The notes under the pieces are model-generated. The model was not told the origin of the DNA. It was given only the letters and a program-made list of their open reading frames with translations, and did no database searches. Below, piece by piece: positions 56,346-64,000 of a stretch of 64,000 nt of DNA; position 1 is the first letter of the stretch; every line of letters begins with the position of its first letter. A program made the position numbers and the translations under genes. This stretch comes from an uncultured Planctomycetaceae bacterium (lineage in GTDB: Bacteria; Planctomycetota; Planctomycetia; Planctomycetales; Planctomycetaceae), in NCBI GenBank assembly GCA_963815195.1, contig CAWFGE010000013.1, positions 928,001-992,000 on the forward strand, written 5' to 3'.

Positions 56346-58091
56346 TCAGGCTTCCGAGCGGATCCGGAGTCCGCGCGGGACGAGCCAACGCTCGGAAAGC
56401 TCGAACAGCCCTTGCACCAATAGCGCCATTGCCGCCGCCGGGATCGCGCCTTCCAAGAGCAGCGGCGTGCTGTCTTTGCGGATGCCGGCGAAGATCGGCG
56501 TGCCGTAGCCGCCCGCTCCGATCAATCCCCCCAAGGTCGCCGTGCCGACGTTGATCACCGCCGCGATTTTGATGCCCGCCAGGATCGACCGCGACGCGAG
56601 CGGCAACTCGATCTGCCACAGCCTCGCCGACGCCGGCAGTCCCAACGCCATCGCCGATTCGTGGATCCCCGGAGGAATGGACTGGAGGCCCGTGTACGTG
56701 TTCCGCACGATGGGCAGCAGGCTGTAAAGAAACAGCGCGCAGATCGCCGGCTCATGCCCCAACCCGAACACGGGGATCAGAATCACGAACAGCGCGAGCG
56801 AGGGGATGGTTTGCAGAATGCTCGTCACCGCGAGCACGCCTTGCCCCGCGACGGGATATTTGGCCGCCCAGATCCCCAAGGGAATCGCCAGGATCACCGC
56901 CGCCCCCACGGAGATGCCCACGAGCATCAAATGCTCCCACGTATATCGCCAGAAGCGGTCCCAGCGGGAACGGACTTCCGTGTCCGTTTCGGTGTCGAAC
57001 TCCGCCGCCAGAAAATCCGCGGCGACCTTCTGGACGGGAACCTTTTCGATCTTCTCCTGTTCATTGAGCGGGATGATCGTCTCATCGTCGATGCGATGCT
57101 CGACCTGCAAAATCGCCTCGACCGCCTTGGGGGCGCGGTCTTTCAAATCGGCCCGGTATAACACGACGGCGTGATAGTCCGGAAAGAAGTCCCGGTCGTC
57201 CTTGAGCACCTTGAGATCGTAATACGGGATTTCCGCATCGGTGGAGTACAGGTCGATGACATCAATCGCGCCGCTTTCCAGTCCCCGGTACGCCAAATCG
57301 TGCTGGAGGGCGCTGATGTCGGTCTGCGGCAAGCCGTAGGCTTTCTTGAGAGCCGGCCAACCGTCGGCCCGTTCGGTGAATTCGTTGCTGAATCCCAAGC
57401 GAAGCTGCGGGTAGCGCTTGAGATCGGAGATCGTTTGAATTCCCCGCCATTGGGAACCGGTCAATCGTTCGCCTTGTTTCGCGCCAAACGTCAGCCACAC
57501 CCCGCCCGCCAAGAGCGCGGCCGAGAGAACGCCGGCAACGGCCACACCCGTCCCGCGCGATTTTCCATTTCCGATCGGGTGGCTCTTGCCGACTTTCGCA
57601 AGAACAGCCGCACCGCCGCCGGTGAGAAGTCCCAGCACGACGAGCAGCCAACCCAGCATCGGCTGCTCGCCTTCGCGTCGCGGCTTTTCGCGGAGCATTC
57701 CGAGGGCGTATGTGTTGTTGAGCCCCAACGGCTCGCTCTTTTCGATGTGAAACTCCTCGCGGAGCAGTCGTTTAAGCGACTCGTCATTGGCGAGGTTCCG
57801 CTTGGAAAAGGTTTCCTGATGCAGCGTGCCGGTGTATTCGACGTAGGCGTCGATGTCCCCCCGCAACAGGGCGTTCCACAACACGGGCGTCCCGCCGAGG
57901 TCTTGCCGATGCTCGGCGGCGATGCCCTTGCTGCGAATCAACTGCGTGAGAATCTCGCCTAAGACCACGTTTTCCGTGAAGTTCTTGGAACCGACGCGGA
58001 TCGTCGGCTCGTCCGCGCGGACGCGATGCAACCGCGGACCGGCGAGAGCCAGCAGCAAGGCCAGAACCGTGATGTGCCGAAGTCCGCTCAC
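56346..58091 (-). CDS. Osmoprotectant (glycine betaine-type) ABC substrate-binding/permease fusion
   Basis: VGSKNFTE, YVEYTGT, NNTYAL, YSTDAEI, FFPDY; permease LQTIPSLAL, LYSLLPIVRNTY, ESAMALG. Confidence 0.9.
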   Translation of the reverse strand: MSGLRHITVLALLLALAGPRLHRVRADEPTIRVGSKNFTENVVLGEILTQLIRSKGIAAEHRQDLGGTPVLWNALLRGDIDAYVEYTGTLHQETFSKRNLANDESLKRLLREEFHIEKSEPLGLNNTYALGMLREKPRREGEQPMLGWLLVVLGLLTGGGAAVLAKVGKSHPIGNGKSRGTGVAVAGVLSAALLAGGVWLTFGAKQGERLTGSQWRGIQTISDLKRYPQLRLGFSNEFTERADGWPALKKAYGLPQTDISALQHDLAYRGLESGAIDVIDLYSTDAEIPYYDLKVLKDDRDFFPDYHAVVLYRADLKDRAPKAVEAILQVEHRIDDETIIPLNEQEKIEKVPVQKVAADFLAAEFDTETDTEVRSRWDRFWRYTWEHLMLVGISVGAAVILAIPLGIWAAKYPVAGQGVLAVTSILQTIPSLALFVILIPVFGLGHEPAICALFLYSLLPIVRNTYTGLQSIPPGIHESAMALGLPASARLWQIELPLASRSILAGIKIAAVINVGTATLGGLIGAGGYGTPIFAGIRKDSTPLLLEGAIPAAAMALLVQGLFELSERWLVPRGLRIRSEA

Positions 58092-58840
58092 GCGGTTTCC
58101 TCCGCGGCGAATTCATGAACGCTTCTTTGGGCGCGGATGAACTGCTCGACGAACGCATCGGCGGGCGTGTGCATCAACTGCTCGATCGTGCCGCGCTGAA
58201 CGACCCGGCCCGCTTTGAGCAGGAGAATCTCATCGCTGAAAAACGCGGCTTCGTGCAGGTCGTGCGTGACGAGCACGACCGTCTTCCCGACCGCCTGAAA
58301 AATGCCTTTCAAATCGCTCTGGAGTTCCGCGCGGATCAAGGGATCGAGCGCCCCCAACGGTTCATCCAGAAACAGGATTTCGGGATCGAGCATGAGCGCC
58401 CGCATCAGGCTCAACCGCTGCCTCTGCCCGCCGGAAAGCTGGGCGGGATACCGCTGCATCGCGTCGGCGGGAAGATGCACCAGCTCGCGGAGCTCGCCCA
58501 AGCGATCTTCGATCCGGCTGAGGTTCCACTGGAGATATTTCGCCATCAAGGAGACGTTTTCCCGGGCCGTGAGATGCGGAAACAGGCCGCCGTCTTGAAT
58601 CACGTAGCCCATCCGCTGCCTGAGTTCCAAGACCCGCGGCCCGTTGACATCTTCCTCATCGAACCGCACGCGGCCGCCGTCGGGACGAATCAATCCCATC
58701 ATCAACCGCAAGAGCGTCGATTTGCCGCACCCGCTCGGGCCGATCAACACATAAGTCCGCCCCTCGGCGACGGTCAAATCGAGCGGATAAACGACGGTTT
58801 CGCCGTTGTATCGTTTTGTAACGCTTGCCAGCTCCAACAT
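58088..58840 (-). CDS. ABC ATP-binding subunit (osmoprotectant type)
   Basis: GPSGCGKST, LSGGQRQR, LDEP, VTHD; 4-bp overlap with the permease gene. Confidence 0.95.
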   Translation of the reverse strand: MLELASVTKRYNGETVVYPLDLTVAEGRTYVLIGPSGCGKSTLLRLMMGLIRPDGGRVRFDEEDVNGPRVLELRQRMGYVIQDGGLFPHLTARENVSLMAKYLQWNLSRIEDRLGELRELVHLPADAMQRYPAQLSGGQRQRLSLMRALMLDPEILFLDEPLGALDPLIRAELQSDLKGIFQAVGKTVVLVTHDLHEAAFFSDEILLLKAGRVVQRGTIEQLMHTPADAFVEQFIRAQRSVHEFAAEETA

Positions 58841-58907
58841 GTTAGTTTCATGGTATAGACTGGGCCGCCCGTTGTGAAGGCGTGCGGAGAACTGCGGGAA
58901 CAGGAGG

Positions 58908-59495
58908 CTATTCCTGGCCGGTGTCGCCCGCGGGTTTGCCGACGGTCAACCACGGGCGGAGTTTTTCGAGGGTTTTGGGACCGATGCCTTTGATGTTGTC
59001 GAGATCGTCGATGCTCTGAAACGGTCCGTGCTCTTCGCGGTAGCGGACGATGCGGTTGGCAAGGGTTCCGCCGATGCCGGGAAGTTGCAGCCATTCCACG
59101 TAGCCGGCCTCGTTGATGTCGATGCGATAATCATAAACCCGCTCCGGCAGGCGATCGATTTCCACTTCCGAAGTCGCCCACCCGCTGAGCTGCCCCCAAT
59201 GCCAGATCGAAAGCGCGAGGCAAACCGCGGCAAGCACAAACAGCGCGAAGCAATCCCGGAACCGAAGTCCCAGGATTGAATCGAGGGCCGGATCGGGCCC
59301 GGCGGGGCTTGGGCAAATCTCTTCGAGCGTCGAGGCCACGGGATGGCTTTCCGCGTCGCCGTCGGCCGTAAACGTCGGCGCGGAGGTAACGTCGGTCACG
59401 GTGGTCACGAAGGACGCCGTGGCCTCGTTCGAGAAAGTGGAGGAGTGGTCCTCGGAAGCCGCCATCAAACCGCCCGGTCCCATTGCAATGCGCAC
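58908..59495 (-). CDS. ComEA-like helix-hairpin-helix DNA-binding protein (start uncertain)
   Basis: TM helix, IDINEA, LPGIG, GPFQSIDDL, IKGIGPKTLEKL. Confidence 0.85.
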   Translation of the reverse strand: MRIAMGPGGLMAASEDHSSTFSNEATASFVTTVTDVTSAPTFTADGDAESHPVASTLEEICPSPAGPDPALDSILGLRFRDCFALFVLAAVCLALSIWHWGQLSGWATSEVEIDRLPERVYDYRIDINEAGYVEWLQLPGIGGTLANRIVRYREEHGPFQSIDDLDNIKGIGPKTLEKLRPWLTVGKPAGDTGQE

Positions 59496-59551
59496 GAAGC
59501 TCTTGGAAAACCAGCGTACCGCAGCGGGAAGCGGGATTTCAAGCGCGCATG

Positions 59552-59590
59552 AAAAGTCCCGGGCCGTCCTATCTTTCAGGACGGCCCGGG
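59552..59590 (-). terminator. Probable terminator hairpin
   Basis: 13-bp perfect stem CCCGGGCCGTCCT/AGGACGGCCCGGG followed by ACTTTT on the minus strand. Confidence 0.65.
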
Positions 59591-59655
59591 GCAGAGAGTA
59601 CGCTCAGGTTTTTGAAAGCGGATGTCCCGCGGCTTTCCCGTTGTGCGAGGGCGCC

Positions 59656-61008
59656 TTATTTCGGTTTGTTATAAACCGTCAACGTCACTTCGCCGCCGGG
59701 TTGGAGCGGCTGGCCTTGGTTGGGCGTTTGGTTATAAACGATATACAACATATCCTCCGAGGGCGGTACCAGGCCGGGGAGGTATTTGACTTTGTAGCCC
59801 GCTTGCTCCAGGATTTTGCCGGCGTCTTTCCAGACCAACCCCAACACGACCGGCACCTGGCCCGGTTGCGGCGGCTGAGTGGGTTGGTTGATGTTATACA
59901 CCGTCAACACGACTTCCTGGCCCGGCGGCACGGGCGACTGGCCTGCCGGGATTTGGTCGCACACCACTCCGACCAACTTGGGATTGTCCGCGGCTTTGCC
60001 CGTGTAGAGTTTCACCTTGTAACCCAGTTGTTGCAGCCGGGTTTGGGCATCTTTCCAGGGCAGGTTGACCACCGAAGGCAGGCCCGGCTTCGCGGCCAGT
60101 TCTTTTTCGTTCGGGAAGCTGTGGACTTTGAAGGTGTAGCCTTTCTTCTTCAAGTCCGGGTTGAAGGGATCTTTTTCCGCTCCGAACACTGTGCTTATAA
60201 GGCCGGGCTTGTCGGGATTCACCTTCATATTGCCGAAGATATAAGTCGTTTCCGTGTTGCCCGTGGGATCGATCAGCCGCACGGCGAATGGCAAGTACTG
60301 CTCGGTGTCGAGAATAACCTCGGCCTTTTTCCAATTCGCCGCATCCGCCCGCAACAGCGGCCAGACGTCCAATTGAACGTAACGGGGGGCAGTAAATCTT
60401 GGATTCGGATCTTTGGAAAAAGCCATCTTGTAGCGGCGTTTCGCTTTGTCCGGGGGCATGCCGAACAGAAACGGCAGCGGCCCGTCCATGATGTTCTGCC
60501 CCTGATGCTCCTGGGGAATGGAAACGACCTCGACCTGCTTGGCATCGTCGTTGACCTGCCAGATTTGCTCGCCATTGCAGATCCAGCGTTCCGGCCGATC
60601 CTGTTTGAGCGTGTAAACAAATTTCTTCTTCGTATCGGGATCGATATGTTCGTGTTTCGATCCCGGCTCCACTTTCACCGGCTGGATGTCGATCCGCCCT
60701 TTCGAGGGAGCCTCGTAATAAAACATGCCGACGGAGCGTTTTTCCGTCATAAAGACTTTGTCGTAAACAAAACGCTGGTGGGTGCCGTGGAGGCTCGTGA
60801 ACTTGGCCGATTCGATCGACCAGATATTGAGCAGCCGTTCGAGCGCCGGCGGGAGGTTTTGAACCTGAAGTTCGGCACCGCCTTGGGGCCGGGGCTGCCG
60901 GGCCGGGGGAGTTCGCGGAGGCGACTGGGCGAAGGTTTCGGACGAAAATCCGCCTGCGAACATGCTCCACAGACAAAAAACAATGGAAAATGTGAGCATC
61001 CTGCTCAT
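59656..61008 (-). CDS. Planctomycete TIGR03009-like (LolA-like fold) protein with two C-terminal PASTA domains
   Basis: Signal peptide; YYEAPSKGRID, ERWICNG, IMDGPLPFLFGM; repeats LPSVVNL...DQIP...VVLTVY and VPVVLGL...NQTP...VTLTVY. Confidence 0.78.
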   Translation of the reverse strand: MSRMLTFSIVFCLWSMFAGGFSSETFAQSPPRTPPARQPRPQGGAELQVQNLPPALERLLNIWSIESAKFTSLHGTHQRFVYDKVFMTEKRSVGMFYYEAPSKGRIDIQPVKVEPGSKHEHIDPDTKKKFVYTLKQDRPERWICNGEQIWQVNDDAKQVEVVSIPQEHQGQNIMDGPLPFLFGMPPDKAKRRYKMAFSKDPNPRFTAPRYVQLDVWPLLRADAANWKKAEVILDTEQYLPFAVRLIDPTGNTETTYIFGNMKVNPDKPGLISTVFGAEKDPFNPDLKKKGYTFKVHSFPNEKELAAKPGLPSVVNLPWKDAQTRLQQLGYKVKLYTGKAADNPKLVGVVCDQIPAGQSPVPPGQEVVLTVYNINQPTQPPQPGQVPVVLGLVWKDAGKILEQAGYKVKYLPGLVPPSEDMLYIVYNQTPNQGQPLQPGGEVTLTVYNKPK

Positions 61009-61573
61009 AGGGGTCACGATCCTTGTTTTTCTTGGCCCGAGACAAATGCAAACCGTCATCCGCCAAAACCGGCGGCCGGCCGCGATCCCGTGACACACTG
61101 GGCATCGGCAATGGACCAGGGAGAGATCCTTCGGTCACCCGAGAAGTCGGGGGCGGATGATAACGATCCCCGCCCCCCGCCGCTAGGCCGATTTTTGCCG
61201 GACCTCTGTATGAATGGGCAGAATCACGGGCGGTTTTTTAAGCGGGTTGGGAGGTCTGCACAAGAAAAACTGCACCGGGGCGATCTTCGTCGGCTGAATC
61301 CCGAAGCTTTGCCGCGGCAGTTTGAACAGCGGCTCTCTGGAACGGCTCGGCGATTGGGCTTACGTTCACAAGTGATGCATGCCGATTTTCTTCAAGAACT
61401 CCAGGCAAAGACTGAGCATGCGTTGCGGTTCCCTGTTTTTGATTCCGCCGCTAAACTGATTTTGACGGCGAATTGAATCCATCAATGCCTCCTTCCGAAC
61501 CGGAATGCGTGGCGGCGGCCGAATTCGGATGTCCCCTCTCCGATTTTCCTCCCTGACCGTTTGACCTCCCACA

Positions 61574-62623
61574 ATGCACTCGACGCAAGACATTAACATC
61601 CGAGGAACCACGCCCCTGACGGCGCCCCGGCAACTCAAACTCGAACAACCCGCGAGCGACGCCTGTTACGAAATGGTCACCCGCGCCCGCGAAGAAGTCA
61701 AGCGTATCCTTGCCGGCGAGGATTCCCGCTTGATCGCGGTGGTCGGGCCGTGCTCGATTCATCACCGCGAGTCCGCTTTGGAATACGCCCGTCGGCTGAA
61801 AGTCGTCGCGGACGATGTGGCCGACCGGATGCTCCTCATCATGCGGGTGTATTTTGAAAAACCCCGCACGACGGTCGGCTGGAAGGGGCTGATCAACGAT
61901 CCCCATCTGAACGACACCTTCGACATCGCCGCGGGACTGCGAATGGCGCGGGGGATTTTGGTGGAAGTGGCCGAGTTGGGGCTGCCCGCGGCCACGGAAA
62001 TGCTCGAACCGATCACGCCGCAATATATTGCCGACCTCATCACGCTGGCTTCGATCGGGGCGCGGACGACCGAATCGCCGACGCATCGGCAGATGGCGAG
62101 CGGGCTGTCCATGCCCGTCGGTTACAAAAACGGGACCGACGGCGATTTGGACGTGGCGATCAACGCGATGCAGGCGGCCCGCAATTCGCACAGCTTTTTG
62201 GGAATCGACGCCGAGGGCAAAACCTGCATGGTGCAGACCAAGGGCAATCCCTGGGGGCATTTGATTTTGCGGGGCGGGCGGTCCGGACCGAATTACGATC
62301 CCGATTCGCTCAAAGATGCCGCGGAGCGGTTGACGAAAGCCGGCCTCTCGCCGCGGTTTCTCGTCGATTGCAGCCACGCGAATTCCAACAAGGACTTCGC
62401 GCAGCAATCCGCGGTCTGGAACAATGTGCTCGACCAGCGCTTCGCCGGGAACGAGACGGTGATCGGGATGATGCTCGAAAGCAACCTGCGGCCCGGCAGC
62501 CAGAAACTCGCCGCCGACCCCGCGGCTCTCGAATACGGCGTGTCCATCACCGACGGCTGCATCGGCTGGGAGGAAACGGAAGACTTGATCCGCGATGCCC
62601 ACGAAAAACTCAGCCGCCGGTGA
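61574..62623 (+). CDS. aroG: DAHP synthase, class I-alpha (AroF/G/H type)
   Basis: VVGPCSIH, MRVYFEKPRTTVGWKGLINDP, IGARTTES, VDCSHANS, YGVSITDGCIGW. The isozyme label is uncertain. Confidence 0.93.
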   Translation: MHSTQDINIRGTTPLTAPRQLKLEQPASDACYEMVTRAREEVKRILAGEDSRLIAVVGPCSIHHRESALEYARRLKVVADDVADRMLLIMRVYFEKPRTTVGWKGLINDPHLNDTFDIAAGLRMARGILVEVAELGLPAATEMLEPITPQYIADLITLASIGARTTESPTHRQMASGLSMPVGYKNGTDGDLDVAINAMQAARNSHSFLGIDAEGKTCMVQTKGNPWGHLILRGGRSGPNYDPDSLKDAAERLTKAGLSPRFLVDCSHANSNKDFAQQSAVWNNVLDQRFAGNETVIGMMLESNLRPGSQKLAADPAALEYGVSITDGCIGWEETEDLIRDAHEKLSRR

Positions 62624-62639
62624 AGCGGATCGTCATTCG

Positions 62640-63007
62640 CCCAAAGCGCGAGCGAGGGATTTTTCCCGTCACTTGGCTTCCCTCGCTGGCGCTTCGGGGT
62701 AGTGTTCCGTCAGAGCTTTGTTTTCAAGAGCCGCGCACGAAGTAAGCGGTTTTCAGGGACTCAGACAACGCAAGACCGCTTACTTCGTGCGCGGCTCAGG
62801 CATTTTTGGAAGTACTCAAATTTGAAACAGTTGAATTTACGAACGGTCGAAAAGCTGCGCAAAGACAAATCGTCGTCAACGCCAAATTTTTAACGGCCCT
62901 GCGCTAGCCCCGGTTTTCACCGAGCAAACCGGACGAAGCCCCAAGGAACGTAGCGGCGGCGTCTTGCGGCCGTAGATCGATCCACGGCCGCGGGAAGCCG
63001 CCGCTAC
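62640..63007. repeat. Cluster of several REP-like palindromes between convergent genes
   Basis: AAGCGCGAGCGAGGGA/TCCCTCGCTGGCGCTT pair (62640-62699); inverted copy of the 19161 element (62720-62824); GCGCTAGCCCCGGTT near 62900; CGTAGCGGCGGC...GCCGCCGCTACG pair (62949-63007). Confidence 0.85.
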
Positions 63008-63021
63008 GGAAAGCTCGCACC

Positions 63022-64000
63022 TCATTCGGCAAGCAGTTTGGCGATCATCTCTTCGACTTCGTGGGCGGATTCCTCGCCGGCCCCCACGCGGATCATGCGG
63101 ACTTTTCCCGCGCGGTCGATCAGCACCGTTTGCGGAATCCCTTGCACCGCATAATGCTTCGACAGCGCACGGCTCGCTTCGCCTTCTTGAGCTTGAATCG
63201 CAAAGGGATGTTTCAGTTCATACTTCTTCGCGAACTGGACGAGCATCTCTTGTTCGGTTTCCGGCTCCACTTTCTCTTTGCCGCGCTCGGCCCGTTTGGC
63301 TTCTTCGTTCCAGGTATAGCCGTAGTAGCTGGTAACGCCGATGATCACCAGGTCTTTGTGCTCTTCATGCCAGCTTCGCAAATGGGGAAAGGTCGCAATG
63401 CACGGCCCGCACCACACGGCCCAAAAGTCCAACAGCACGACTTTGCCTTTGAGGTCCGCAGCGGTGAGCGGTTCCCCGTTGACCCACGCCTCCACGTCCA
63501 GCTTCGCGGCGTCCGTCCCCACCAAGGCGAGATGATCCTTCGCATTCTGAATCGTCCGCTTGTACCGCTCCAGCGACGCCAGCGCATTTTTCATCGCCCC
63601 GATCGTCTTGGTGTTTTCCGTTTTTTCGCCCAGGGATTTTAGAAAGTCTTGCGCTTCGGCCAGTTGCTTCCCGGCTTTTTCCGGGTCTTTGCGGGCGATG
63701 GGGCTGATCGCCAACGTCACCTTGAGCGTGTAATTCCGCAGGGCCGCGGGATCATCGACGTCTTTTTCGAGCGCGGCTTTGACTTCCGCAACCGAGAGCC
63801 GAGACACGGCGATTCGCGACTTCAAGGCGGCCACGGTCGAAGTGGCTCGCAGCACGAGCAACTTGGAGGTTCTGTCTTCGGGCGACAGAGTCTTGACGAA
63901 GGCTTCCAAATCGTCCAGGTCTTTTTCCGCCGCATCGGGATTCGAGGTCGCCAGGGGAATCAGCTTGCGAAACTCGGCGGAGAGATACGTATTGAAGGCC
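63022..64000 (-). CDS. TlpA-family thiol-disulfide reductase with helical N-terminal extension (5' end outside the window)
   Basis: LKGKVVLLDFWAVWCGPC, YAVQGIPQTVLIDRAGKVR. Confidence 0.9.
   Translation of the reverse strand, partial: AFNTYLSAEFRKLIPLATSNPDAAEKDLDDLEAFVKTLSPEDRTSKLLVLRATSTVAALKSRIAVSRLSVAEVKAALEKDVDDPAALRNYTLKVTLAISPIARKDPEKAGKQLAEAQDFLKSLGEKTENTKTIGAMKNALASLERYKRTIQNAKDHLALVGTDAAKLDVEAWVNGEPLTAADLKGKVVLLDFWAVWCGPCIATFPHLRSWHEEHKDLVIIGVTSYYGYTWNEEAKRAERGKEKVEPETEQEMLVQFAKKYELKHPFAIQAQEGEASRALSKHYAVQGIPQTVLIDRAGKVRMIRVGAGEESAHEVEEMIAKLLAE

Overview
A GC-rich chromosomal window, very probably from a Planctomycetota bacterium (inferred from three DUF1501 genes, a cytochrome-c/DUF1549/DUF1553 protein, a sulfatase, DUF1080, a TIGR03009-like protein and planctomycete-style REP palindromes). 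It holds about 45 genes, mostly housekeeping or exported enzymes. About 15 genes carry single frameshifts scattered across unrelated functions, which looks like long-read indel error rather than real gene decay. I saw no rRNA, tRNA or CRISPR array. Two things stand out. (1) An AT-richer island at 8.6-11.5 kb built from REP palindromes. A REP-associated tyrosine transposase (RAYT) is split and permuted, with its C-terminal part on the left and its N-terminal part on the right, each cut at a REP. Between them sit REP-delimited cargo genes: an Imm33-like gene and a coupled two-gene module (2TM SLATT-like protein with a double CxxC, plus a small Cys-rich protein), a candidate defence or toxin-antitoxin system. 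(2) A dispersed type-I-like export apparatus with no linked ABC or RND pump: two GAF-HlyD fusions, two stand-alone HlyD adaptors, a PqqD-like/M50 site-2-protease/HlyD fusion, DUF3467 and a lipoprotein TolC. Smaller oddities are a structured ~270-nt tail behind an IS481-type transposase, a two-TM insertion inside an osmoprotectant-binding domain, an active/degenerate protease-PDZ pair and a LolA-like/PASTA fusion. All family names come from motif recognition by eye; no database searches were run.
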